The notes: a model not told the origin generated them from the letters alone. Positions 10,612-22,210 are shown, numbered from the whole stretch's first letter. The stretch: 62,877 nucleotides of DNA, filler included, from Octopus bimaculoides (GCF_001194135.2; 3 parts of 3 records of this genome joined end to end with filler, not necessarily neighbours in it), one strand, 5' to 3'. Translations and numbers: made by a program.

Positions 10612-10955
10612 AGTCCCAGAGGATTTTTTACCGTCCCCTTTTAGTCCATTACTTTTTCCGGTGTATGTTGGTACCAAGCACCCGTAGCCTCATATCCATA
10701 CTTACGGCATTGTAGCCAGTGGAAGTTTTGGGCTACTTGTCATGTCTACGCTTGTACTCTTTCTGCGCAAGACTTCCACAAGCACAAACAATGTGAATCA
10801 CACTTTCGACCCTCTTCCCACACATTCTGCAGATGTCCGATGCACTTGTGTGGTATATATTCTTTTTCCCTGAGTTGGTATTCAATGCCTGGTCCTGGGC
10901 CGCGATGATTAGGCTTTCAGTATTCTTTTTTAGGTCACCCTTGCTTCCTGGTCTT
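10612..10955 (-). mobile_element. R4/Dong-clade non-LTR retrotransposon fragment (zinc-knuckle region)
   Basis: TESLIIAAQDQALNTN..IYHTSASDICRMCGKRVESVIHIVCACGSLAQ..HWLQCRKYGYE..WYQHTPEKV..ILWD. Abuts (ATT)n at ~10960. Confidence 0.85.
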
Positions 10956-10958
10956 TTA

Positions 10959-11004
<46 letters not shown>

Positions 11005-11006
<2 letters not shown>

Positions 11007-11345
11007 GGCAGAATCGTTAGCACGCCGGGGAGAATGCTTCACGGCATTTCGTCCATCTAAGTTCAACTTCGGCCGTGTTCGGCTTTGCCATTCATCCTTT
11101 CAAGGTCGATAAATTAAGTACCAGTGAAACACTAGAGTCGATGTAATCGACTAGTCCTCCTCCTCTCCCAATATTGCAGGCCTTGTGCCTATTGTAGAAA
11201 GGTTTATTATTATTGTTAGGTCGATTTTACCTTCCATCCTTTCAGGGTCGATAAAATAAAGACCAGTCAAGTACTGGAGTTGATGTAATTGACATGCCCC
11301 TTCCCTCAAAATGTCAGACCTTGTGCCTATAGTAGAAAGAATTAT
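11005..11345 (+). mobile_element. Two tandem family-B SINE copies
   Basis: GGCAGAATCGTTAGCACGCC..TTCATCCTTTCAAGGTCGATAAATTAAGTACCAG..GGCCTTGTGCCTA, then a second core and tail at 11215-11345. Confidence 0.85.
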
Positions 11346-11349
11346 TAAT

Positions 11350-11590
11350 GCTTTGAAAATCCCAAACACCATTACCGCCACCACACGCAACCCCGCCTTA
11401 AAATACGTGAACACGACGCGACATGTCAGTAATATTTCACCTTGGTCGCATCGTTCGTTCAATCATAAATGATGACGTCAAACTTAATGGGAGATGTTTA
11501 CTGCGTTTTTCTCAGCCAATCGTGTCAACGTTCGGAAATCATACAAATTAGCATTGAAGCTGTGGAAGATTCAGAAAGCTAAACAACGTA
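11350..11590. promoter_or_regulatory. Possible promoter-like CpG-enriched patch
   Basis: Many CpGs in an otherwise CpG-poor context, GC-box-like CCCCGCC (~11391), perfect CRE TGACGTCA (11473-11480), AGCCAATC CCAAT box (~11514). Motif presence only. Confidence 0.25.
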
Positions 11591-12149
11591 TTTACAGACA
11601 CATACGCACCGACGCGCACGCACGCACGCACGCACGCACACACACACGCGCACACGCGCACACACGCACACACGCACACACACACACACATACACACACA
11701 CACAACTGGTTACGACTCTTAGACAAACCATTTCTAAATGTGATAGAGATTTTTTTTTTTTGCCGTCTGTCTGTTTGTCTACAATGTGATGTGTTAAGTG
11801 AGACTGAACTAAATTTCATTCTGATTTTCAAATATTTGACGTTGCTACAAATTGTTGACAGCAACAGTAAAATATATGAAATTGAAGGATATCTACTTGA
11901 TATCTTGTTTCGCTTGCCGTCGGCAGCTTTTTTCCGGTTTCTGTCTGTAATCTTCACGAAGAAAATATAAAAAAAGAAGGAATGAAGGAAAGAAGAAGAA
12001 GAAGAAGAATAGACGAAAAGAACTGAACAATTTATAATGTTATAAAGCAAAAAATGCACACAAATAATTTGAAAGTGATAAATATACAATAATTAAAACA
12101 AAATGTTAATATAAAATTTAACCTCCACTTGCGTTAATCAGGGTATCTA

Positions 12150-12660
12150 TTTACATGATAACGACTGCACACTGCTCCATTCATGTGATGTTCAAGTCTA
12201 GAAATTAAAAAGGGTTTGGCGAGGAGCCCTTGTATTATATTGGGTACGTGAGGGGCTGTGTTCTAGGTCGTTGAAATATAATATTCCGTGAAGTCTATCT
12301 GCAATTTTAACAATTATTCTGTTTGTTTTATACTGTTTAAATGTGACCTCATTTCCTTCCCGATCCACTCTTCGTTTGAACATTCCTTGTGTACATTGCA
12401 TAAGTGTTTTATTAGAACTTTGTTAATCTTGCGAATGGCTGAGAATTTCATTTCAATGACTGCGGAGGTTTGCTCCGTATCGCAAATCATTGGTTCTCTT
12501 TCATAAGATCGGGTTCTTCCAGTCTTATGAAAAAGTTCTTCCCTATGAATGGGATCTTCCTTATGGGAGAGAGTTTCTTATTCGCAAAAAGTGTAGTTCA
12601 CCTCACATTTTTTAACTTCTTGTGTCTTTTTTTTTCCCGTTGGATCTTTTCTCCAACACT
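12150..12660 (-). pseudogene. Unidentified decayed coding-like sequence (probably TE-derived)
   Basis: One minus frame runs ~170 codons with only 3 internal stops (..EELFHKTGRTRSYERE..VLIKHLCNVHKECSNEEWIGKEMRSHL..QGLLAKPFLISRLEHHMNG..). No family recognised. Confidence 0.3.
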
Positions 12661-12669
12661 TCTTTTTTT

Positions 12670-12885
12670 TTTCTACTCTAGACACAAGGCCCGAAAATTT
12701 TGAGGAGGATGCCAATCGATTAGATCGACCTTAGTGCGTAACTGGTACTTAATTTATTGACCCCGAAAGGATGACAGGCAAAGTCAGCCTCGGAGGAATT
12801 TGAACTCAGAACGTAGTGACAGACGAAATACCACTAAACATTTCGCCCGGCGTGCTAACGTTTCTGCCAGCCCACCGCCTTTCCT
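12670..12885 (-). mobile_element. Family-B SINE, full
   Basis: TCTAGACACAAGGCCCGAAAATTTT..CTGGTACTTAATTTATTGACCCCGAAAGGATG..GAATTTGAACTCAGAAC..GTGCTAACGTTTCTGCCAGC. Confidence 0.9.
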
Positions 12886-13002
12886 ACACTTTAAAAAAAA
12901 TGTCTACTTTCCTTCATCGGCCTTTTTCTGGTTCCCCCTCTCATAATTGGCTGGTGCCTGAGATGGTGCCTGTGTCAAGGAATACTTCATGGTTATCGTT
13001 GT

Positions 13003-13150
13003 TGTTGTTGTTGTTGCTGTGGATATCCTTGTCTTCGCCGATTATGGCTGCTAGAGGGGGCTTTTGGTTCTCATGTTCACTCCAAGTAATAAGGACAGGG
13101 CAATTTCAATTGCCGACTCACAAGCTTGGTATCGTCCTGCGACTGATTAC
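13003..13150 (+). repeat. Unclassified dispersed repeat (second copy; GC-richer sequence continues to ~13560)
   Basis: Homologous to 7420-7560 on the minus strand. Confidence 0.65.
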
Positions 13151-14503
13151 GTCCATGATGGGTTGTCGTTGCTTTTATTCTTTTCGACTCTGCGTGCAAA
13201 AAGCTTTTTGATGAGTTTTGCTGCCACTTATGTAACAGTAAGTTTGTCTTCCTTGGATTATCAAATTAAAGGACTTCCTCTCAACACCCTCTACCGGACA
13301 CAATTATGGAATTGTTTTGTGGTCTTGTGGGATGAAGAGGAATGCTGTCTATGGTGATCCCACCCGACCATACATCTCAAATGTTACATCCGCATTGACC
13401 ACCTGCCTAGACTGTACAACGAAGCTGACAATTAGCCAGGGCTCAGTCTCGCAACCGATGTTCAGGTGGTGACTCCTTGTGTTCTACCTCCACAAATATT
13501 ATGCAACCAGCTTATGCATGGGTATGTCACAGATTTTGGAGGTTTGGCTTTCACCTTATCTTCTGTTTTAAAAATGCTACATACAGTGCCAACATTCTCT
13601 CCTTTCCTAATATTGGATATTTAACTTGAAATATCTGAGAGGGTTATATCTAATTCAGGTTTGGTTAGGACGATGAAAACCGCTTTGTGTTTGACCAGAC
13701 AGATAGTCACTTTTCTCTTCCTACGCGTTTCTGTGATTAATTGTGGAATACTGGCCCCAGACCGGTGTATAAAATGTTGCCAGTCTTTTGATCTTTCTGG
13801 GAAATTGTTCATTTTGGTAGTTTTTTGCTTGCCAGAATATTAACAAAAGACAGTTTATGATTGTTCGTGTTTACACCCGAAGCAATACGTGCAAGTATAC
13901 TGTAGTTGTTGTTTTGTTGTTGTTGTTGTTGTTGTTGATGATGATGATGATGATGATGATGTGGAGGAGGAGGAGGTTGTTAAGATTTCTGCATAGTTTA
14001 TTTAAAATGTCGCTGTTTTAGATGTTGTGTACTATTAATATTTTGCTTTGCAAGTAAAGCACTATTCGGTTTTTATTATTAATATTTTTCTTTCTACTTT
14101 TTGGTTTATTCGTGTATTATTTCATACATTTTCAGTTTTCTTTATGGAAAAGCAGCCTGAAGTGTTTATAAACATTTTATTATTATTTTTTTTTTGGGGG
14201 GGGNNNNNNNNNNNNNNNNNNNNNNNNNNNNNNNNNNNNNNNNNNNNNNNNNNNNNNNNNNNNNNNNNNNNNNNNNNNNNNNNNNNNNNNNNNNNNNNNN
14301 NNNNNNNNNNNNNNNNNNNNNNNNTAATTGATCAAAAATAAAAATCAAGTTTAATCTTTTTCTTTTGTCAACCATTGTAAGGGGTGACTTTAAGCCGTAT
14401 GAACTTTATGCGAGAATTTTGGCATAAATTCTAATTCATGTAATAAAATCTTTTGCTTTAAAAAGCAACCAGTATAATTTTGTTGTCGATTTTATCAGCT
14501 GTA

Positions 14504-14574
<71 letters not shown>

Positions 14575-14597
14575 CAGCAGCAATAATTGCTTCTCAT

Positions 14598-14810
14598 TCA
14601 GTCTGAAGGCCAGTGGTCCTGAGAGGGGAGGGAGCAAGTCGATATACTTGACCCACGACTTGATTGATACCATACTTTATCGATCCCAGCGGGATGAAAG
14701 GCAAAGTTGATTCTGACCAGATGTGAAATTAGTGCGTGAAGAACCGAAAGAAGTATCGAGAGGCATTTAGTTCGACGCTGTAACCATTCTGCCAATTCAG
14801 TACCCTCATA
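14598..14810 (-). mobile_element. Diverged family-B SINE
   Basis: ACTTTATCGATCCCAGCGGGATGAAAGGCAAAGTTGA..TAACCATTCTGCCA. Confidence 0.7.
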
Positions 14811-15859
14811 ACAACAGCAACAACAACAACAACAACAACGGTTTCAAAGACAAGCAATTTGTATCGAGCCTGAGAAAATGGAACACAAAGGTAACGCAGA
14901 ACGTAAAAAAAGCCGGAAGAAATACCTACCGATATGCATTTTGTACGACGCGCTTATGGTGATTCTGTTGGCCTCTTTTATAACGATAATGGTAATGATG
15001 ATTTTTTGTGGGATGAGCGGAANNNNNNNNNNNNNNNNNNNNNNNNNNNNNNNNNNNNNNNNNNNNNNNNNNNNNNNNNNNNNNNNNNNNNNNNNNNNNN
15101 NNNNNNNNNNNNNNNNNNNNNNNNNNNNNNNNNNNNNNNNNNNNNNNNNNNNNNNNNNNNNNNNNNNNNNNNNNNNNNNNNNNNNNNNNNNNNNNNNNNN
15201 NNNNNNNNNNNNNNNNNNNNNNNNNNNNNNNNNNNNNNNNNNNNNNNNNNNNNNNNNNNNNNNNNNNNNNNNNNNNNNNNNNNNNNNNNNNNNNNNNNNN
15301 NNNNNNNNNNNNNNNNNNNNNNNNNNNNNNNNNNNNNNNNNNNNNNNNNNNNNNNNNNNNNNNNNNNNNNNNNNNNNNNNNNNNNNNNNNNNNNNNNNNN
15401 NNNNNNNNNNNNNNNNNNNNNNNNNNNNNNNNNNNNNNNNNNNNNNNNNNNNNNNNNNNNNNNNNNNNNNNNNNNNNNNNNNNNNNNNNNNNNNNNNNNN
15501 NNNNNNNNNNNNNNNNNNNNNNNNNNNNNNNNNNNNNNNNNNNNNNNNNNNNNNNNNNNNNNNNNNNNNNNNNNNNNNNNNNNNNNNNNNNNNNNNNNNN
15601 NNNNNNNNNNNNNNNNNNNNNNNNNNNNNNNNNNNNNNNNNNNNNNNNNNNNNNNNNNNNNNNNNNNNNNNNNNNNNNNNNNNNNNNNNNNNNNNNNNNN
15701 NNNNNNNNNNNNNNNNNNNNNNNNNNNNNNNNNNNNNNNNNNNNNNNNNNNNNNNNNNNNNNNNNNNNNNNNNNNNNNNNNNNNNNNNNNNNNNNNNNNN
15801 NNNNNNNNNNNNNNNNNNNNNNNNNNNNNNNNNNNNNNNNNNNNNNNNNNNNNNNNNNN

Positions 15860-15966
15860 GAAAGGCAAAGTCGACCTCGGCGGAGTTTGAAATCAGAACG
15901 TATCGACGGGCGAAAGACGCCTAAGCATTTCGCACAGCGCGCTAACGATTCCGCCTGCTCACTGCC
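15860..15966 (-). mobile_element. Family-B SINE 5' part (remainder in gap)
   Basis: GAAAGGCAAAGTCGACCTCGGCGGAGTTTGAAATCAGAACG..GCGCTAACGATTCCGCC. Confidence 0.85.
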
Positions 15967-16007
<41 letters not shown>

Positions 16008-16265
16008 CAAGGATCCTAAAGAAAGAGAAAAAAAAACAAAAAGAATACAATCTCTTAAAATTTGAAATAGGAAGAATTTGGAGCATGCGAACAGTAAAGG
16101 TCGTGCCTATAATAATTGGTGCTTTGGGAACAGTAAGCGAAAATATAGACAAATGGCTGAAGGAAATTGAAGCAGAAAGCCCAGTAGAATTACAGGAAGT
16201 TTGTCTCTTAGGGACAGCAAGGATTATCAAGCGGGTTCTAAGCAGTTGAAAACTCGCGGATACTT
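16008..16265 (+). mobile_element. R4/Dong-clade LINE C-terminal REL endonuclease fragment
   Basis: ..EYNLLKFEIGRIWSMRTVKVVPIIIGALGTVSENIDKWLKEIE..LQEVCLLGTARIIKRVLSS*, directly after (AAT)n. Confidence 0.85.
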
Positions 16266-16329
16266 GTTGTAGTGAAAATGGCACTCCCCTTCCCACGTGA
16301 CAAAGTGATATGGGACAGTCTCTATAAAG

Positions 16330-16771
16330 TCTAAAAGATGGGCTACAACAAATATTCTGCTCAATACCACAGATTTGCTTGTCAGTTGCTTGACTATGTC
16401 CCTTAGTGGCTGACCATATGTGTATCTCTGATCGCAAACAGAAGTAGTGTAGGAGTATCATAGCCATGTGTTGAGAGCAATTCTTTGGGGTTTGAATAAT
16501 TCACTCCGGGAAACATGGGTACTTCATTCAACATCCGTTAACAACCCCTATTCAGGGACCTATTGAGTGAGGCTGGGCTACGCGGCCTGAAGAAAATTCT
16601 AACATGGTCATGCGCTGTTTATCTTGATATGAGATCACCATATCGCGGACATATGGTTGTGATGCATGTGCCTGGTGTACCCTTATCAGACGGGTAGTCA
16701 GGATGGGTATAATGGGCTTCGTATATTTGTACCCCAGTGTCATTTTGATGACAAGAGCAGCTCTCTCACTC

Positions 16772-16806
<35 letters not shown>

Positions 16807-16833
16807 TAATAATAATAATAATAATGATAATAA

Positions 16834-16873
<40 letters not shown>
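16330..16873 (+). mobile_element. SINE-like dispersed repeat (family E) with long (AAT)n tail
   Basis: About 440 bp highly similar to 16965-17370, followed by ~100 bp of (AAT)n. Confidence 0.8.
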
Positions 16874-16874
<1 letters not shown>

Positions 16875-17370
16875 TGCTCTGATGCAGTACCAGGCAGTGG
16901 CTCTCATGGCTTCTGGTCTTAATTGATTGGAAGTGTTATTATGTACATTGTTTTGTCTTGGTATAAAAGATGGGCTACAGCAAATATTCTGCTCAATACC
17001 ACAGATTTGCTCGTCAGTTGTTTGACCTTAACCAGTTGAGCATGTCTTTTGGTGGCTGACGATATGTGCTTCTCTGATCAACAGCAGAAGTAGTGCGGGG
17101 GCATCATAGCCATGTATCGACAGGAATTCTTTGGGGTTTGAATAATTCACCTTTGGAAACATGGGTGTTTTGCTCAACATCCTTAAACAAACCTTATTCA
17201 GGGACCTTTTGAGCGGGATGGGCTACTCGACCTGAAGAAAATTCTAACTGGGTCCCACCTGCGAGGTCATGCGCTGTTTATTTTCATATGAGATCACCAT
17301 CTTGCGCACATATGGTTGTGATGCATGTGCCTGGTGTACCCTTATCAGACGGGTAGTCATGATGGGTATA
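16874..17370 (+). mobile_element. Family E second copy, more 5'-complete, 3'-truncated
   Basis: Shares AAAAGATGGGCTACAGCAAATATTCTGCTCAATACCACAGATTTGC..CAGACGGGTAGTCA.GATGGGTATA with the previous copy. Confidence 0.8.
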
Positions 17371-17634
17371 AGGAAAGTAATGCTGATATCGGTGGTAATT
17401 GGAACATTAGGAGCAGTTTCCAAGGGATTTGAAAAATACATTAAGAATATTGGAGCTCCTGTCAGGCTCGAGGTGATCCAAAAGACAGCATTGTTGGGCA
17501 CAGCTCGCATTCTAAGGAGAATATTGTCCCTTTGAGTCACAGGAGAGGGCACTACTTGAAAACTTTGGCGATTTGTTATTGCCTGCTTTCAAGTAAAGAA
17601 TAACCGGTAATGAAGAACTATACGAGTGTCTTTC

Positions 17635-17695
<61 letters not shown>
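17371..17695 (+). mobile_element. R4/Dong-clade LINE 3' end with 3' UTR and (AAT)n
   Basis: RKVMLISVVIGTLGAVSKGFEKYIKNIGAPVRLEVIQKTALLGTARILRRILSL*, ~100-bp UTR, then (AAT)n. Confidence 0.85.
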
Positions 17696-17699
17696 CAAT

Positions 17700-17835
17700 A
17701 ATGTAGGCACAAGGCTTGAAATTTTGGGTGAAGGGGGTTTAGTCGATTATAACGATCTCAGTGCTCAACTGATACTTATTTAAACGACTCGAAAAGATAA
17801 AAGGCGAAGTTGATCTCGGAGGAATTTGAACTCCG
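17700..17835 (-). mobile_element. Family-B SINE fragment
   Basis: GGCACAAGGCTTGAAATTTT..GGCGAAGTTGATCTCGGAGGAATTTGAACTC. Confidence 0.75.
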
Positions 17836-18533
17836 AGATATACTTTGCCTTTCATCAGGAAGATATTACCGTCCTGAAATCAGTGTTATAGATACTTGCT
17901 ATATACTATGAGCGAATTGGTTAACAACTCTACAAAAATTGGTCGTGTGTTTGCATATGAAATAAATATTTTTAGCCAACCTGAAGTTCGTACGTATTTA
18001 TATAATTCTATGAATTTGATATATGCATGTTTATGTAAGAAATAATTTCATCTTGCAAGGACTTCCGGCGTGAATCTGTATGTCTTCTTAGCCAAGAGAA
18101 GAAAAATGATATTTTATTTGCACTGCTGTAGCGAACTAAGTAACTGATACGGTCTTCTAAATGTATTAATTCGATGTATATTTATGCAATATAAATATAC
18201 CTTATGCATATTTAAGAAATCATCAGGTCTTGTATCGACTTCCGGTATGAGTGTGTTCTAACCACAGGGATAAAAAAAAAGAAAGAAAGAAAGAAAGAAG
18301 GAAAGAATATTCATATAAGAGTTATTAACCTTGTAAGTAAATACTAGCTCATTTGTTGCGTGTGCATTCGATATATTTATTACGTAATATGAATCTGCCA
18401 CACACATTCATAAACAAAAACATACACATCTCGACTAACAGACAAACATACGTATCTTGACTTACAGACAAAAATACTCAAGCACAGACATACACACATA
18501 CGTACTTATAGACACATAGACGAAGATACACAG

Positions 18534-18596
<63 letters not shown>

Positions 18597-18597
<1 letters not shown>

Positions 18598-18898
18598 TAG
18601 CTTGCTTACCAACCACATGGTTCCGGGTTCAGTCCCACTGCGTGTCTTGGCCAACCAAAGCCTTGTGAGTGAATTTGGTAGACAGAAACCGAAAGAAGCT
18701 CGACGTGTATATATATATATATATTGGGACATTTTTGTGTTTATGTCCCCGTAACTTAGTGGTTCGGCAAAATATCGATAGAATAAGTACTAGGCTTACA
18801 AAGAGTAAGTTCTGGGGTCGATGTGCTCGACTAAAAGTGGTGCACCAGCATGGCGCTGCTGTCAAATGACTGAAACAACTGAAAGAATAAAAGAACAT
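18597..18898 (+). mobile_element. Family-A SINE with internal deletion of the CORE segment
   Basis: Head GGTTCCGGGTTCAGTCCCACTGCGTG jumps to TCTTGGCCAACCAAAGCC; 3' half and tail present. Confidence 0.85.
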
Positions 18899-18905
18899 AC
18901 ATACA

Positions 18906-18974
<69 letters not shown>

Positions 18975-19775
18975 TTTTTTTTTTTATTTATGTCTTTCAG
19001 CCAAGTGGCTGTGGCCATGCTGGTGCACCACCGTGATTTTCACGTTCCTTGCATGGCTCTTCTCCCCCACCTGACATGGTCCAATCAAGAGTTTTGATGG
19101 CACATCTGGTGTATAAGAGAATTTGACATCGCTGCCCTAAACTGCGTCTCATTACGAGCCATTGGTTCGTCTGGTATCGTGGAGAGGANNNNNNNNNNNN
19201 NNNNNNNNNNNNNNNNNNNNNNNNNNNNNNNNNNNNNNNNNNNNNNNNNNNNNNNNNNNNNNNNNNNNNNNNNNNNNNNNNNNNNNNNNNNNNNNNNNNN
19301 NNNNNNNNNNNNNNNNNNNNNNNNNNNNNNNNNNNNNNNNNNNNNNNNNNNNNNNNNNNNNNNNNNNNNNNNNNNNNNNNNNNNNNNNNNNNNNNNNNNN
19401 NNNNNNNNNNNNNNNNNNNNNNNNNNNNNNNNNNNNNNNNNNNNNNNNNNNNNNNNNNNNNNNNNNNNNNNNNNNNNNNNNNNNNNNNNNNNNNNNNNNN
19501 NNNNNNNNNNNNNNNNNNNNNNNNNNNNNNNNNNNNNNNNNNNNNNNNNNNNNNNNNNNNNNNNNNNNNNNNNNNNNNNNNNNNNNNNNNNNNNNNNNNN
19601 NNNNNNNNNNNNNNNNNNNNNNNNNNNNNNNNNNNNNNNNNNNNNNNNNNNNNNNNNNNNNNNNNNNNNNNNNNNNNNNNNNNNNNNNNNNNNNNNNNNN
19701 NNNNNNNNNNNNNNNNNNNNNNNNNNNNNNNNNNNNNNNNNNNNNNNNNNNNNNNNNNNNNNNNNNNNNNNNNNN

Positions 19776-19835
<60 letters not shown>

Positions 19836-20124
19836 CGTGTGGGGTGGAGGGTGTGGAAAAGTTCCTGACTTTAAGGGTGTTGCAAAAAGACTGGATGAAG
19901 ACTGAATCTTCCGAATTTACCTTTTCCATAATGAATTAATCTTGTTCACAATAATACTCTATTTCAATATTTTTAGCTCGTAACTTTTTATAATAATATT
20001 CATGTCTTTAACTTAGGGATTACATTACAGGTTTTGTTTCTTTATATATATATTATTATTCCTTATTTTTATTCCTTTTCATATTTTGTGGTAAGTTAAA
20101 CTTTTAGATTTTAGCGTTTTTTAA

Positions 20125-20560
20125 GGAATTTGACCTGAGAAGTGACCGCTTTTGGGAGTAAAATAATTTTCCCGTTCTAATGAACTTGGATATGGTTTTC
20201 TTATATGATTTTATATAGTCTTAGTTCAGCCATGAAACGTGCGTAGTCGATGTACAAGTACTTACTTTTATACATTATATTATTGTATTAATTTTTATTG
20301 TTCAATTTATACTTCAGTTGATTTTTAGATTAATATTTTCATAATGAATGTTTCTTTGTATTGTATTCGCTGTGATTTTAAAAGTATTTGCTCTTATATA
20401 TTATATGATTGTAATAATCTCATTGTTCAATATTACATATTATCAAAATTTTAAATTAGTATTTTATATGGTATATGTCTCACGGCATGGTTTTGGACGG
20501 GTTCTTCATTGACTGAGTTATGGAATGGTGGTTCGTCTCTAAATTAGTTATATACATATA
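20125..20560 (+). mobile_element. Penelope-like terminal-repeat copy 1 (hammerhead-bearing)
   Basis: Colinear homology with 39655-40055 on the minus strand, ending ..GGTGGTTCGTCTCTAAATTAGTTATATA. Confidence 0.65.
20130..20250 (+). ncRNA. Hammerhead ribozyme-like motif with extended stem II (decayed core)
   Basis: TTGAC|CTGAGAA|GTGACCGC..76 nt..TCAGCCAT|GAAAC|GTGC|GTA|GTCGA. Stem I TTGAC/GTCGA, GUA triplet. Confidence 0.55.
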
Positions 20561-21218
20561 TTACATATTACGAAATTCGGTCTACTATTATTATAGTGAA
20601 TTTTACCTGTAGGTTGGAATAACAATTTATTCCCTAATNNNNNNNNNNNNNNNNNNNNNNNNNNNNNNNNNNNNNNNNNNNNNNNNNNNNNNNNNNNNNN
20701 NNNNNNNNNNNNNNNNNNNNNNNNNNNNNNNNNNNNNNNNNNNNNNNNNNNNNNNNNNNNNNNNNNNNNNNNNNNNNNNNNNNNNNNNNNNNNNNNNNNN
20801 NNNNNNNNNNNNNNNNNNNNNNNNNNNNNNNNNNNNNNNNNNNNNNNNNNNNNNNNNNNNNNNNNNNNNNNNNNNNNNNNNNNNNNNNNNNNNNNNNNNN
20901 NNNNNNNNNNNNNNNNNNNNNNNNNNNNNNNNNNNNNNNNNNNNNNNNNNNNNNNNNNNNNNNNNNNNNNNNNNNNNNNNNNNNNNNNNNNNNNNNNNNN
21001 NNNNNNNNNNNNNNNNNNNNNNNNNNNNNNNNNNNNNNNNNNNNNNNNNNNNNNNNNNNNNNNNNNNNNNNNNNNNNNNNNNNNNNNNNNNNNNNNNNNN
21101 NNNNNNNNNNNNNNNNNNNNNNNNNNNNNNNNNNNNNNNNNNNNGTTGTTGACCTGGAAGTTCGTGAATTATTGGATTTCAAAATTCAAACGATTTATGT
21201 GACGATGCAAAGAGGCAT

Positions 21219-21311
21219 GAAGAAGAAGAAGAAGAAGAAGAAGAAGAAGAAGAAGAAGAAGAAGAAGAAGAAGAAGAAGAAGAAGAAGAAGAAGGAGGAG
21301 GAGGAGGAGGA
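21219..21311. repeat. (AAG)n followed by (GAG)n microsatellite
   Basis: Direct reading. Confidence 0.97.
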
Positions 21312-21486
21312 AGAGAGAGAAAGAGGGAAAGAAAATAGTGTGAAGAAATAGAAGATATATCGAAGATGAAGAACGTAGAAAGAAACTTGATATGTTGAGG
21401 TGTATAGCGGGTCGGTCAATGAATGATTAATGGATATGGATCTAAATGTCGACAGAGAGAGAGAGAGTGAGAGAGAGAGTGAGAGA

Positions 21487-21518
<32 letters not shown>

Positions 21519-21665
21519 AAGTGAGAAAGAGAAAAAGAGAGAGAAGCAGAGAGAAGGGATGAGACGGGGATATTTAAACGAACGTTCACACATCTCTCTA
21601 TCTATCTAACTTCGGTCTTCTATTATATTACTGTACTAATAGGAAGATATGAATGTATGCGTTAG

Positions 21666-21718
<53 letters not shown>

Positions 21719-22039
21719 ATTATAACTGGATCCTTGAGCTTCCTTTTAGGAAAAAAAAAATCCAGTGATTTGCAGTAATCATAAATTGATTTATAATTTA
21801 TAATTTCTAGGATGAATTACTAGTATTCTCATTGGTTATGCAATTTGATTAATGCTGTTTTAATATCGACTGAAATACCAGATGGCTAATTAATCATCTT
21901 CAGCGATTCTATAAGTTTAATACTATGGGTTTTATAGTATAGTTTTTAATGAGATAGTATTAATACCTAAATTTAATAGTATAGGTGTATTAATGTTATA
22001 GACTTGTGTACAATAAATTTTAATGCTATAGATATTAAG

Positions 22040-22171
22040 ACTAGTACTTATTCTATCGGTTCATTTTGCCGAACCGCTAAATTACGGGGATGTAAACGCA
22101 CCAACAGCGGTTGTCAAGCGGTGGTGGGGGACAAACACAGACACATAGACTCATACTTGCACACACATACT

Positions 22172-22210
<39 letters not shown>

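Noticed and set aside
19020-19187. Possible RTE LINE fragment (also 13560-13860 and 46700-46990)
   Set aside because: Only faint motif resemblance across stops and frameshifts; too weak to call without a search.
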